A stretch of 62,180 bases of DNA, the filler included, from Sphacelaria rigidula (taxonomy: Eukaryota), in the NCBI GenBank assembly GCA_964200075.2. It is 7 parts of 7 records of this genome, joined end to end, with 100 filler letters (N's around TTAATTAATTAA, not from the genome) between each part and the next. Parts side by side here need not be neighbours in the genome. Positions count along the whole stretch, not along the records: positions 35,592 to 44,388 come from CAXNAA020010074.1; positions 44,489 to 53,284 come from CAXNAA020010075.1; 5 more parts are not named here. One strand, written 5' to 3'. Both the position numbers and the translations under genes were made by a program. The notes beneath the pieces are model-generated. The model did no database searches. It saw only the letters and a program-made list of their open reading frames with translations, and was not told the origin of the DNA. Of the stretch, positions 36,157-49,460 are shown in pieces; the first letter of the stretch is position 1, and the number at the start of each line of letters is the position of its first letter.

Positions 36157-38299
36157 TGAGGAAATGCTAAAAATTGCTGAAAATTGCTCCGTCTCGAAAG
36201 GGATGCGTGTTCAATGGTCAAATGACTAAGGCAAGCAACAAATGAGTACGCCCCCCTGAAGTCATCCCCTATCCCCCACCCGTCAGTGCCTGGAAACAAC
36301 GTAGAGTTCTCGACAATTCAACACGGTGACAAATTCAGGCAATGCAATCCAACACGGTGGTGATTTCAGGGGTCAGGTGGCGTGCGGGTGTCACTCTCCC
36401 GTTTGGTCTCCCCAATGTGAAACACAAACACTTCGGCTATGGAGTCTTTTAGATGGGGTGGGCGGATATGGGAGGAACTTCTTACTGTCGAGACAGCTGT
36501 GGTATGTGCGTAATATTCGCGGCCAGTCCAGAGCGCGAAAGGAAACATGTCAGACGGTAGCATGGCGTCGGGTCGTCGGGTAGGGTGCGATTGCCCAAGA
36601 GTGTGCGTGAAACATACTCACTCCATCTCTGAGGCCGAGATTGGTACAGTTCTGTAAACATGTCTGTAGCCGTCCCCCCATTTCCTGGAAACCTGTAAAA
36701 GTGTAGACGTAATCACAGAGTAAGTGAAATACACAAGGTATGCTGAATGAAATGTAGTAACGAGATACGATGTACTAAATACACAGAGACAAAGCACAGA
36801 AATGACAAGAAACATGGCCTCACTCGCATGACTTGTAAAGTGATAGTTGTTCGGCGAGTCTCAAGTTCGTGTGCCATATCGTAGCCGAGCCACTATGAGA
36901 CGACAGGATTGTGGTAATGAAGTAACGTGGTGAACGTCTAGAGGTGAAATTGCCAATCTGCGGGCACCCTCGCAGTCATGCTTAGACTACACGCAAGCAC
37001 CACGGTCCGACCGAGTCGAGTCGAGTACTCACATCATGCTCAGCAACGAAGAGGCTGCGGGTTGTCACGCAGATGCCCAAGCAGCATCCGCTGCATGCGA
37101 TTCAGGCTTACTTTAGAAGAAGACCAGAGACACCTCTGATAATGTAGTCCTGGAGATGGCGTAGATGCTTCTTGTATTATCGGCGAACAGGCTAATCGCT
37201 GCTGTGCTAGTTGATATCAGTCCTAAAAGCCCTGTAAAGCACATGTGAGTAGACAGACGAATACCAAGCATGATGAAGTATGACACACAATGAGTAGTTG
37301 ACTGGAAAATTACTAATAAATCTGTAACATCCCCCCAGCCTTATCCATAAGGCCGAACAAATTCCATTCAAGGGCTGAAAGGGCCGGAACAAACAAGCCT
37401 GTGCATCATACGCCTGAAGGTAAAACGAGAAAATCTTGCAAAATTACAGTGTAGGGGAAAACTCGTTGCAGATCTAATGGATAGGTCAACCCTGTAAAGC
37501 AGGGGAAAAATCTATGCGTTAGGGAAGGAAAAAAATCTATAGCGTGCTTTCCAACAACAGAAGCAGCAGACGAGTACGATCGCTGTGGTTTTCCCGAAAT
37601 CTCAGTTAGACTGGAGAACGATTGGCTAGTAAGCTTAATCGCGCGTCGACACCCCGGATTAGTTAAACAGGATTCCGGGTAGTGCGGGGCTTGAACCACA
37701 TCCAACGTTGGTTGGATTCGCCAAAAACAACCTTTCCACGAACTGATCAAAAGTTATAGGAGTGCAGCCTCTGTGAGGGATGCTCTTCCATAACTACTGA
37801 CGCCTACTCTACTGGGAATAGAGCCCACGCGCCTTGGCTCACACATGTGCCCGTATGTTACAAGATGAGAAGCAATAAATAACAAAGCGACGAAAGAAAA
37901 AGAGAGGAACACCCGAACACCCGAAATTCATGACTGAAACGTGCGCTACCAGCGATATATAGCAATTTATTTACTTATTCCATTACCGCATTCCTTTCGC
38001 GATGATATCACACACCACATCACACAACAGCTACTCGTAAACATCGATGGCTGCAGTCTATCCTTAGCTCATCCGTTCCAGCTCAGGGCGCTCAAGTTCC
38101 CAGCGAGATAGCTCTTTGCAGTCTCCATCTTCGTGTCGTACTCGCCGCAAGCGATTCCCATAACCACACACTTGGCGCTTCAGCTGGGCACTGCTCTAGA
38201 CTTTCCACGAGGTAGCACCTATGAGCAAAATCTTCAAGGCATCACTATGTGGGGGAGCGGGGTGCTACGAGTGCGGTGGCAAGGTCGAAGAAACTGGGG

Positions 38300-38462
38300 G
38301 GTGATACAGGTGCAAACGGCTCATGGCGCAGTATGGAGAAATGCGTTGTGGGAAAACATATGGGGGACTGGGATCAAAGGAAAGATGTGGGCGATGGTGA
38401 AGGTGACAGAATGTGCCAAAAGTGCGATGATGCTAGACGGGGAAATATCTAAATATTTTGCT
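38300..38462 (+). mobile_element. LINE reverse-transcriptase fragment
   Basis: VQTAHGAVWRNALWENIWGTGIKGKMWAMVKVTECAKSAMMLDGEISKYF resembles the decayed non-LTR RT segment starting at D..KAYD.VW. Confidence 0.65.
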
Positions 38463-38869
38463 ATTCCAATTTTCAAATTGGTTGCTGTCTCAGGCCGTTC
38501 CAGATTCGGCAATGGATTTCTGTGACAGAGAACTGTCTCGTTTTTTCCAGAATATATTTTCATAACCAATCAGAACTTTTTTTAAAACAAGCAGAATTGA
38601 AAAAAAAACAAGATGAGCGTTTGAAAAACCAAGCAGAACTTTTAGAAAAACTGCCCAAAACGTGACCCCATTACATGGAGTACAGAGTACTGCACTGCAC
38701 ACAACACAGCAATTCTACACTGCTTTTTAGAACCTGGACACGGACCTTATACAGTATGTATCAGTTGCTTTCTATTGTTGCAAAATTAATAGCGTCCAGC
38801 TGCTGCTGCTCTACTACTACGGAAGCACACGCCCTCGAGGTGCCACTCCACGTTTACCGTCATTGCGAA

Positions 38870-39750
38870 CATAACAAGACAAGAACACGAACTGCAGCAG
38901 TCGTGGCCGCCACACATCAACGTTACTGCAGTGAAACGTGTGCCTGAGCCGACACCACCACACTTTCGGCGTTTCTTCTTGTTGGCGAAAACTTGGGCAT
39001 CTAATTTTGTGGCAGCGTCCACCGACTGAGCTGCGTGTTGGGGTGGGTAATCGAATTGCATACGCGCTCATGGATAGAAGAGGCGGTGCAAAACCGCTCG
39101 TGGTTCAAATCTGCTTCGCTACTGATATTTTTTTCAGTAGCGTTGACAGAGAGATATTTGTCAGATGAAAGAGAAAGTCCGCAGTCCGACGGCAGGTCAC
39201 GCCGGGCGACTCCTGCGCTGGAACGGTTTTCACAAATCAGTAGTTCACGAACTCGCCCTCCACCACTCGGGGATGAAGGATACTCGTTCATGAATCGCGA
39301 AGCTGCTCACAACGCTCATCATGCTCTTTCTTTGTAGGCCGGTAGGGTTAGACCAGCTCAGCACATGGCAGAACGTAGAGAAAACATTTAGAATGAGGGA
39401 TTGATTGCCAGCGAAAAATAGCACTTGGAAAAGGGTACGAGTTGGTTCAAATTGAATACTTTACATACCCTCTGCAGTATGTACAGGAAGTCAGCTCAAA
39501 AATGGTGGATTTGCCGACCCCACGATGGCCAGTGCACGTACGAAAATCGAAAAAGCTCAACACGCCTGCGCCAAGACAAGAGCAAGAATTGCAGCAGTCG
39601 TGGCCGACACACACCAACGTTACTGCAGTGAAACGTGTGCCTGAACCGACTTCACCACACTTTTGGCGTTTCTTCTTGTTGGCGAAAACTTGGGCATCTA
39701 ATTTTGTGGCAGGATCCACCGACTGAGCTGCGTGTTGGGGTGGGCGATCG
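38870..39750 (+). repeat. Two ~175-bp direct copies (38870-39050, 39575-39750) of an interspersed repeat; inverted relic near 58080-58190
   Basis: TGCAGCAGTCGTGGCCG...GTTACTGCAGTGAAACGTGTGCCTGA...GACTGAGCTGCGTGTTGGGGTGGG in both copies. Confidence 0.85.
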
Positions 39751-41304
39751 CTGTTCACCTGCATCGGGTTTTCCCCTGTTTTTTTATCGCTTGACCGTTT
39801 TCCTCTCACGCATTACACTTGCAACCTTGCACTACTGTACCCTCCATGCTTGCAGAGTGCAGCCTGTCCTCGGACAGGGCAGGTGAACAGCACGCACATA
39901 GTTCACATTAACACAGCTACACGCATAGAAAAAAACATGCACAGCGGTCAGAGTATACTTGTAACCTTGTACTGTTGCATGACCGAGTACAGGCTACACT
40001 CTGCAAGCACAGGCAGTACAGTAATTCAAGGTTGCAAGTGTAATGCGTGAGAGGGCCGCGTGCTCAGAGGTCCGCATCGTAGTTCGAAACACCTCAGAAT
40101 CTACGTTTTTCAAAACCAAACAAGATTAAGGTTACACGTGTACCCTGCTCGCTGAGCATGTTCTCTATGTGTGTAGCTGTCTTCATGTAAACTATGTGCG
40201 TGCTGTTCACCTGCCCGCTGAGCATCACACGTGCTCATTTATGCGCGGGCGGGTTTGTACAAGTGGCGCTCTCAAACTCAAAACTTGGCTCTCGAGTTGC
40301 TCGTATATAACCGTCGCAGATTGAAAAAACGTGGGCTCCCGATTTGAAAAAAACGACGCAGGATCGGTCATAATGGCAGGTGAGGGTGGATTATTGTTTC
40401 CACCGTTGGCGGTGGATATACTTTTTGCCTGCCCAAACACCGTAGGGCGATGCAATGCAGCAGGGATGTGCGTGCTGGACGCTGCCTTATTACACAGCAT
40501 TTTTCCAATTTCACAACAAAGTGAAGTTGGTTCTGCTGCGGGTGAAAATTCGACTAAGAGATTTTTTGCGAGGTGATTCTTGCGTCGTGATTCTTGCGAT
40601 CGGATCCTTGCGATATTTTTGTTGCGTCGTGATTCTGGCGACCGGATCCTTGCGATAGATTTTTTGCTAGATTTGTCCAATCTAAAACCCTTATTGATTT
40701 CGGTTTTTTGAGGATAACTTCGTGAAACGGACACCAAACGCATCCTGCTCCAAGGGGCACCTGAACACACAGCAGTTACCGCTGCCTGCCCAGTATCATT
40801 CTCCAAATCGAACTCTTGAGTTATAAGCCCAGCGTTTGGTGCCCATGTACAAGGAAGGGTGATCATCTAGTATCATGCTCCAAAACGCACCTGACAAGGA
40901 GGCAACACCCCCGTACAGACAGTAGCAATGCTAGCGGATCCTACGTCTTGAGAGTCTGTGAAAGTCTGGCAGCCGGCAAGGTGATTATGGTAGTGTCCTT
41001 CCAGCGATGTCAACTTACAGCGCACTGGAGCAGAGTTTGCAGGTGAATATTTTGGCGATTTCCTGCTCGAAGGGGCACCTGGACACACAGCAGTTGCTGC
41101 TGCCATCTGCTCACTTCCATACCAAGCGGGGTGAGGATATACAGAGTATATTTTTGAACAACATAGGTTACAGTCAGTAAAGTGAAGAGTTCAGGAGCCA
41201 GCGTTCCAGTATCGAGGTGAAGGGTTACGAATCTTATTTTTTTGAAGGCAACGGCAAAGAATGAGGTCCTGGAGTAAACACGCGAAGATTACTCCCTCTC
41301 TTAC

Positions 41305-41552
41305 GACACTTTCTACGATAGCCTCCCCCCCAAAAGTGCATGCTTTTGGGGGGCAAAATCTCCACGTGAATCGAAATGGGAACAACCGAGTACAACGAGC
41401 AGCTGGGAATTCCCGCGCTTGGGTTCGCTCTAGCCAATGTCTCCAATATGAAGCGCTTTATACAGCCTGAACACAAACATCAGGCGATGTATGGCCATTT
41501 TTTTAGTGACACTTTTGGGCTGGTTTTGGGGGGGGCTATTGTAGAAAGTGTC
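41305..41552. mobile_element. 248-bp MITE, GACAC...GTGTC termini, 4-bp TSD (TTAC/TTGC)
   Basis: TIR GACACTTTCTACGATAGCC / GGCTATTGTAGAAAGTGTC; homologous to 8091-8419. Confidence 0.8.
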
Positions 41553-42554
41553 TTGCCACAAATTCCTCTGAGGAGTGAGCCTGCGGATTGCTGGGAACAC
41601 CTCACGAGCGCCCGTCCCTTATTGCTCAAGGTGCAACTTTACGTCGTTATTTAACACCCCCTCACACCAACATCAAAGCTACGACTGCACATAACAGCAG
41701 CAGCTGCTATCCGGGGTGCCCTACACTGTACAGAGTAGTGCAGTGCAGGACCACAAAAAACAATTGTGCGTACTACTTGGCTGCGTATGACGCCGCACTG
41801 TTTTTCACTGCCCAACTGTTGTTTGTGGGTTCTGGCCCGATGCACATGTAATATGGGACTTAGCTCCGGTTTCGGTGGATAGCACCCCCGCACGCTCGAT
41901 GCTCAACTTCGATTTTCTCCAAAATTGATACCCTGCAATCCTGGAAGATCTAGTTCATGGATACATGCCGACGAAATGTATCAAAAGCGCAATGGCCGAC
42001 CGCGCGATCATTGAAGGCTTTGAGAAACCCGAGGTTGACAAGCTTCACCTGGGGTGCGATATCTTGTCACAGTATTATAGTAGTATGTGTAGTAGCGAGC
42101 ATATTTGTGCGGGGTGAAGTGAGACCAGGTTCTCTCCTTCTTACGGCAGTCTGCCCAGTGGCCATACTAGGTACCGTAGCGCTCACGTCCCTTGTCTCAC
42201 CAATTCTTGCTGGCGGTTAGAGGTGGTGTAAGCTATGTTCCCCTCCACCCAGGCGCATGGCTGCTCATGCACATACCGCGACTGCTCATACTATAGCTGT
42301 CTGTGGTACGTCACTATGCATGCCGTGCTGAGAACCGACAGGCGCGCCATAATGTTGTCCCGTACCTTTCCTAGACTGTACCAAGCGTAACGGCTGCGCT
42401 GACTTTCGTCGTCGGCCAGTGCCTGCTACACAAGCTTGTGGTGTGATTCAAACGAGACACAAGACGACATTTATATTATGATAAATACCTGGGCGTTTTG
42501 GTACTGAAACGAGTCCGCCAGTCCCTTCACTGCCTACCGTACGAAGGTAGCAAG

Positions 42555-42981
42555 GGTTGGACGAATCAATGATTCATCCCGAAATTATTCGATTTTCACT
42601 GAAAGTGATTCGTACTGTACGAATCAATCCTTAGGCTTTGTGTTCAGCGTTGCAACCCAGGTACGCGTAGCCCAGGCACGTGGAATGGCGCAAACGTTGC
42701 GTGGAGACCTGTTTGACCAGCGGTCGACTTTTTTCTCTCTTTCGAGCAATCAGACCTAAACAATCGTGGATTTGGTGATTCAAATCGGCGATGATTCATC
42801 CGAACCATGCAAGATAGATACCACGTGTAAATTACACAGTAAGGTACGGGCAGACCTTGTCACTTTAGCGTAGAAGGGCCCAGCCGAGACCACTCCGGTT
42901 TCACTGCCGAAATCCGAGACGGCAACGTCACGAACACCGAAAAAAATTGAAATTGGAAGCGCCCTGGACACAGGGCAATCT
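42555..42981 (+). repeat. Interspersed repeat (family of 11228 and 54440)
   Basis: Direct similarity to 11228-11561 and inverted similarity to 54440-55005. Confidence 0.85.
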
Positions 42982-43647
42982 ATTCAGTACGAGTACAGCA
43001 GTACGTATTTGTATGCTTTTTTTTTGCTTTTGACCAAACTTGTATTTTCAATGACAAACGATCAAGTCAAGGATCTGTCGAGAGAAACATTTCGAACACG
43101 GAGGCCCGCCCCCGCCCTCCTCTCGGAGGACATTTTTTTTGAAAATTGTCGTGATTTTTGAGATTCTTATTTTGTGATTTTTTTGTGATTTTGGTTGAAA
43201 TTCTTGAAATTTGCCCGCCCTGCCCCGATGCCCTCGGATGCCGGCAACGCTCACACACATCTATGTACAATACACAAGCGCACGGTAGCGATAGTCTGTA
43301 GCCAAAGTAGCAACATTATCTCACGCCTCGCCAAATTCGCCTGGACTACTAGTGGTAGATAGTCGAGGCACACCACACCGAACATGATCCTACAAGTGTA
43401 ATTATGGTATGTGATGAGCTTGGAGGGGCGGTGTGCCCTTCATCTCAGCGGTCTCCATGCCAAGGACCCCTGTACACGGCAGCTGACCGCATCCGCCAAC
43501 GCCTCGGTATTCAACTAGGGGACAACAGGCTGGGTGTCCCCCTCCCCCCCCCTCAGAAACTCGAATTTTCGATCTTGGGGCCTACGTGTCCCGAAATATA
43601 TTTTTGACAGACCCTTGGTTAACTTATAAAAAAGTGGCAGTTTCTCC

Positions 43648-43896
43648 GACTAATGCCGAGAAAGCACCCCCTCAAAAAGTGCACCGGAGACCGTCCGAAA
43701 AACCGGCTGCGATCCCACTACTTGGCTCGTTTGCAGCAATTTTGCCCACACGAGAGGCATGTAGCAGTCCTAAATCAGCTATAACGCCCAAATGAGTCTC
43801 GTCGTGCAGCATGAAACCAGCTCTAACGGCATTTATGATCATCGCCTCCGTGCACTTTTTTGGTCGGTTCGGGGGGGGGCTATCTCGGCAGCAGTC
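43648..43896. mobile_element. 249-bp MITE, GACT...AGTC termini, 4-bp TSD CTCC
   Basis: CTCC at 43644-43647 and 43897-43900; collinear with 33727-33974. Confidence 0.85.
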
Positions 43897-44186
43897 CTCC
43901 CCTGTTTTGATAACTTGACCGTTTGTTATTGAATATGAATTTTTGGCCAAGAACGAAACTGTGACCTACGGAGAACGCAAAGGTGCTCTGGAACGGTCTC
44001 AGCGAGTAGAGTAAGTTGTTCCAAGGTGTTATCATCCGCTGAGCCCTCTTTTCGGGGCAAAAACGACGGAGAAGGGTCAAAAAAGCACTTTTCAACAAGT
44101 TGTATTTTTCGATACATAAGAAGTAGCCTAACAAAGGAAGAGGAAAAAAAAGAGAATGGAAGCGCGGTGCGAAGCAGAGTCATCTA

Positions 44187-44292
44187 CTTTACAAGGACTT
44201 GCACCAGCATGTACGTTATCATCCACTCTACTCAAGGTATTTATTGATGACCTGATATCAGCATTGGAAACAGTAAAGCAAGGAGTGAAGTT
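44187..44292 (+). mobile_element. LINE reverse-transcriptase fragment
   Basis: LQGLAPACTLSSTLLKVFIDDLI is a decayed QG..QG..LSP.LF.VFI.DL motif. Confidence 0.6.
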
Positions 44293-44489
44293 GAAGAAGA
44301 TGGAAGCAGTAGAGATGACAGCACCGGCATGCATGATCATGAGTACGCCCCACCCCCCCCCCCCCCGCCGCCCCCCGCTCCGGCCCCGNNNNNNNNNNNN
44401 NNNNNNNNNNNNNNNNNNNNNNNNNNNNNNNNTTAATTAATTAANNNNNNNNNNNNNNNNNNNNNNNNNNNNNNNNNNNNNNNNNNNNA

Positions 44490-45215
44490 CGAATGGTGCG
44501 AGGTGTTAGAACCAACTGTAAGACGGATATGAAGAAATAAGACGGGAACAAGAAACTCGTATGATGAACACGCACACCACATGTTTTGCCGTGTATGCAG
44601 TAGTACCCCGGGAGGACTCGGACCGAAGTGTGCTTTCACATATACGCTCAACTAACACGTCGCGACTATACCGTTATATGGGTGGATTGCTCTAAAAGAT
44701 GATCCAGGGCATTGCTCCTTCGGGTGAGTTTCCTTAAAAGTGCAGGCAGCGCTTTGACACGCTTTTGTTGGCGACTTTCGTATTCGTCTGGTCGACGGTT
44801 GAGGACCTCACGCCGTAGCCGGCAGGATCTCATGTGCCGCCTCCTCAGTATGCCTAGCCAGGTGCATGCGGAGGCCACAGGCTGAGGATGGAGCGGAAGA
44901 CTACACTTCTTCGGATTGTTCAGTCATCAGCATTGTATTACAAATGGTGCGAGGACTCTAAGACGGATGTGAAGAAATAAGACGGGAACAAAAAACTCGC
45001 GTGATGAACACGCACGTAACATGTTTTGACGTGTACGCAGTATTACCCCGGGAGGACTCGGACCAAAGTATGATTTAACATATACGCTCAACTTACACGT
45101 TGCGACTATATATATATATCAGTGGCTTGCTGTAAAAGATGATCCACGGTATCACTTCCTGGGAGGGCTGTCTTGAGTAGTGCCGGTAGCGCTTGGACAC
45201 GCCTTTGTCGGCGCA
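44490..45215 (+). repeat. Tandem duplication, period ~450 bp
   Basis: AATGGTGCGAGG...GAAGAAATAAGACGGGAACAA...TACCCCGGGAGGACTCGGACC...CATATACGCTCAACT starting at ~44492 and ~44943. Confidence 0.85.
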
Positions 45216-46479
45216 TTTCCCTCTCGCTTCGTCGGTGCACACGTGGACAGATAGGAAATTACCAGCAGTTTACTCTGGCCTCGTGTATACAGTCAGTGCG
45301 GTCCTGTCTCTACAAGTCTTAGGTGCGTGGGCAGTCTTGGGTGCGTGGGCAGATTGTTCTGCATTGCGAGTGCTGTTCGCAACACGCTGCATGCACAGAC
45401 CTGAACTCCGAGCTACAATACTGTCTGTGCAGACTACATACAGAGCGTTTGTGCAGCACTTGTCATCGACCCTGCCCTGTGCTGTTCTCGTGGGGTATAG
45501 GGCCACCATGATACTGGCAAGCGAAGGACAATGAAGCAACACGCTGACTGCCCGCGAGCACCAGCGACAGCAGTGGTGATGGCAGTAACGTCCAAAATCA
45601 TGGATATTAAGGCATAACTCATCACGAAAATATATATTTTTCGGGGTTTTTCCTCCAGCGTGACACCTATCCATACGGTTCTTTAAATGCATAGAACGTT
45701 CCAGTCGCCCGAAAAATAGAGATTTGGCGCCGAGCCTTCACTAACTATGCGCCACCGTAATATAACATGATGAAAATCTCCGCGGCAATTGGAAATCGCC
45801 GAACGAGGTCACACAAAGGACACCGGCGAGGAGCTTCCTCTCCGCCGTTGCTCCTCTGGTGATATCGTCATCGATACGCGTGTGCACCGCAATCATTTGG
45901 TGCACCTGACCACACCCGCGTAACTGCAACAGAAACTCTGATTGCGAACATGCTATCCCGTGGTGATACTGTTTGGCATAAATTCTCGATTTTTCGAAGG
46001 GGAGTTGAACTTCATTTTAGTGTTGGACCCTGTTGGATCCCATTTTTGAGGATCGGCTGTCACATGTGGATCAATCTTGTGTACGCACCTTGAATTCGAG
46101 ATAAATAAAGTAGCGAGATTACCACCGCCCGCGACTAGCCGCCGTGGAAGAAACCTTGAGCGCAGCTGCAAGTTGTCGCGGCACCCAAGCGATATCCTGC
46201 ACCGCGTCTTGTTACGAAGTGATAGTACACGGCGGGCACTTCCACCGTGTATCACAAGCGGAGATACCATCGAGATTAGACTAGTGTACAGTATTATGTG
46301 TACAGATGACGGCGTTTGTGCCATGTTGTCCACACATGCACTCGCACTGCGATGGACTCTACAGCGATACTCAGTAAATGCTGCAATACTACAGTGTCCT
46401 CTATGCCCTATCTGTAGAGTGGCGCGCAGTTGTACCGAGCAATGATGCGTTGGACCCAAAGATGTAGGCTCCACACCCA

Positions 46480-47190
46480 TAGGGTAACCTCTGCATTGAA
46501 TTAATAAAAACACATTGAATTTAATTACGAAAAGTGTGGTCATTTTTTGCGTTTCAAAGAGCAAAAAATCTAAACAGCTGTGATTTGGTGCCGATAATAC
46601 GGGAAAATAGATCTTGATATACGAGGAGTTCAGCAACGATCTATAGCTTGAATGAAAGCCCTGAATATGCGAAACAGATGTAATACATCAGCTATTGCCC
46701 ATCGCAACGGCATCTGGCATAAATTTCCTTCTGAAGATGGAGCGAATGCTGTCCGAAATTTCAGCTTGGTAGTGTCTTTCCCTGCACATGGCTTTCGCCG
46801 TTTATCGTCTGGGTAGTTGGTACTGCTGGGACGCGCACATCGCCTTCCGGCGCTGAAGAAACACTCGATGCAGAAGAGCTCAATGTATTGGTATGTGGGT
46901 GATGTGCGGCAAAAATTGGTTGCGACATCGTATCGCGACAGTTCGATGGGAAACATCTTCTCAATGGGGAAAAAAAAGTACGAGTATGAAAACAAAAATT
47001 GGCGATTCAGCGCTAGTTTTCGCCAGAGTACAGTACTAACACGGGGCATCACAGATTGTGCCACCTCGGAGAGTCTTGCGATATGTCTTTCCGCAGAGGA
47101 TATCGCCGCCATTAACGACTTTTTTCGGACGCCCACTTTGCCCTTTGGAAGTATTATCGATTCGTCAAACAGCCCACGAAACACTTGGAA
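46480..47190 (-). pseudogene. Decayed, possibly intron-containing coding relic within a repeat; weak similarity to hAT transposase C-terminus
   Basis: Exon-like VFRGLFDESIILPKG...VMPR, and frameshifted LSSSA/SIECFFSAGR resembling the hAT SSA..ER.FS motif. Segment 46520-46660 is homologous (inverted) to 405-560. Confidence 0.3.
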
Positions 47191-48023
47191 ACAACTGAAT
47201 ACACACACCGACGATCTCAGAGAAACAATATACTATAATAATTTATTTTGAGCTCGCCAGGACAACAGCGGAGGTACCCCGCAGGATGGACCAGGTAATG
47301 TATACCAGCACATGAAGTCCTTGGAAATGGAAGGGAATAAAGGGTGAGACTGAACCTACATAAGGAGCGCATCTGGCGAGCTGTTACGGGACAAGCAACG
47401 TCATAAAGAGGTGGAAATGGCGATTCGAGAAGCTCTTGCACGTAATCTCGTCTACGCTCGACAGCTCTGCCATCGATGCCATCGAACAGATGCCGGGGGA
47501 CGAAGCGCTTGCGGCCGAGCCCTCGATGGATTAAGTGAAGGAAGCATCGGGCAAGCTGACAAACGGCCAGACTGTTGAGACTTGATACCTGTGTGACAGG
47601 CTATTCATGCTCGGCCTCATCGAGGACTCTGCTACAATGGAGTGCCTCCACAACTTCGTGCTTACAGTGTGGCGCTTGGAAGCAGTGCACAGGAAAGTGA
47701 TCCTACGACGGGGGGGGGGGGGGGATTCCACGAAAAAAACAGACTGATAGGTGTGTCCAACGACCCAACGCACTCGCGGCACACTTGTATTTGGGAGAAC
47801 CGGTGTGAAGCGGAATGAGTGAGTGCTATTTATCCGTAACAAGCGCGTTTGAACAACAGTTAGTTCTGCGTTCGACGGTGATTTCAAGCGGAATTTCGTG
47901 GGGAAAATGGCCCAAAATCCCCCCCCCCCCGTCCATCCTCCGTGCCGAAAGGCATCGAGGGTCCATGGCAAAAAGGCTAAGGCAAGCAACAAATGAGTAC
48001 GCCCCCCCCCCCGTATCGCAGAT

Positions 48024-49460
48024 TGACTGCCGAATGGAAAGAAGCTGTCATCACGGTGCTGTTCAAGAAAGAGAACTCGCATGAGTGTGGCAACTACCGC
48101 GGCATCTCCCTAGGGTCCCACGAGGGCAAGGTGGTTCTCAAGATAGCTACAATTCGCCTCAGCGAATATTGCGAATGAAAGAGAATCCTCCCAGAAGCTC
48201 AACGCGATTTCCGACCCCGCCGGTCGACAGTCGACATGATGTATGTTGTACGCAGACGTCAAAAACTGGGCAGAGAGAAGGATCTTCCGCTGTAGATGTG
48301 CTTCATCGACCTCCGGAAGGCGTACGATTTAGTCGACCACACTCTTCTAAAAAGAGTGCTTGCACGATGCAGCGTTCCCGCCAAGATGGTCCCCGTCATC
48401 AGCCAGTTCCACGATGACATGCGGGCGTGCGGACGCCTTGACAGCGGCGAAATTTCAGAGTATTTGGACGTTAACCAGGGCCTCTGCCAAGACTGTGAGA
48501 TTGCCCACGTGTTCAGCATCTTCTTCGCGGTAGTGGCGAGGGTGACGTTCGAGCGCTTCTCGATCAGTGAGGCTGCGGTGGGTGCCTTCATTCGCATTGC
48601 TACCAGGGTGGGAACACCACGGACCTGCTTTGCGAGGTGCTTTGGGTCATGCCGCACGCCGACGACGCTGGCATCGCGTCGTGATTTCAACCAAGCCTAA
48701 CAAAGATGATTACGCCCACCGTCGAAGTCCGTGCGGCGTTCGGTCTCGTTGTAGCGGAAAAGAAGACAGTAACCATACACATACGGGAGTGAAGGCGGAC
48801 GTGAGCGAGGTGGAGGCGGCAGGCCAAAGGTGCGAGCGCGTGGAGTCTTTTGGTCTATCTCGGCGGCACCATCAACAGCATCGGCGATGTCAGCACTAAC
48901 GTCAACCGTGGTATTGGACAGGCCTGGAAGTGCTTCATCAACTACAGCAGACCGATATACGACAACGCGTGCATTGCCCTGGGCGAAAATGCTCGTTTCC
49001 TGAAGGCAGAAGTGACTGAGATAATGCTCTACGACTGCGTGATTCAAACATTCTCACCCAATCAGCCTGTAGCGCGAAGCCCACCCCGGGTTACTGCGGA
49101 GGTATCGCAACGAGTATATCTTAACGCACAGCGCCCCGCGCTACCTCATGATGCCTGCCGCCAGGTTCTCGAGAGAACTGGCTGCGATTGCATCGAGGCC
49201 ACCCGTGTCGAGGTAAACCTTACTGCACGCCGGCCACGTCGCGCGCAAGCACGACGAGCGCCTCCCCGACATCGTCATGCGTGGAGAAACGGTCGGAGAA
49301 GAGAAGAAGACAGGCCGGTTCGCGAAACACTTGCAACACCGTATCCCCGAGTACGGCTTTACCCTCGGAATAGATGCGACATGATGGACGCAAATTGCGC
49401 AAAATGGTCCCGGGTCGTACCAGGTCGTAGGGGAAGGAGCTAAGAAGCGCATGGCGAATT
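48024..49460 (+). mobile_element. 5'-truncated RTE-clade LINE, reverse-transcriptase pseudogene
   Basis: [13 protein letters not shown]...[54 protein letters not shown] (decayed YADD) and VYLGG in order, with stops and frameshifts. Confidence 0.92.

Noticed and set aside
40225..40866. 213-aa minus-strand ORF with a repeated IARIRS.ESRR motif
   Set aside because: It arises from a ~48-bp tandem duplication (40575-40660) in repeat-like DNA, with no protein family features.
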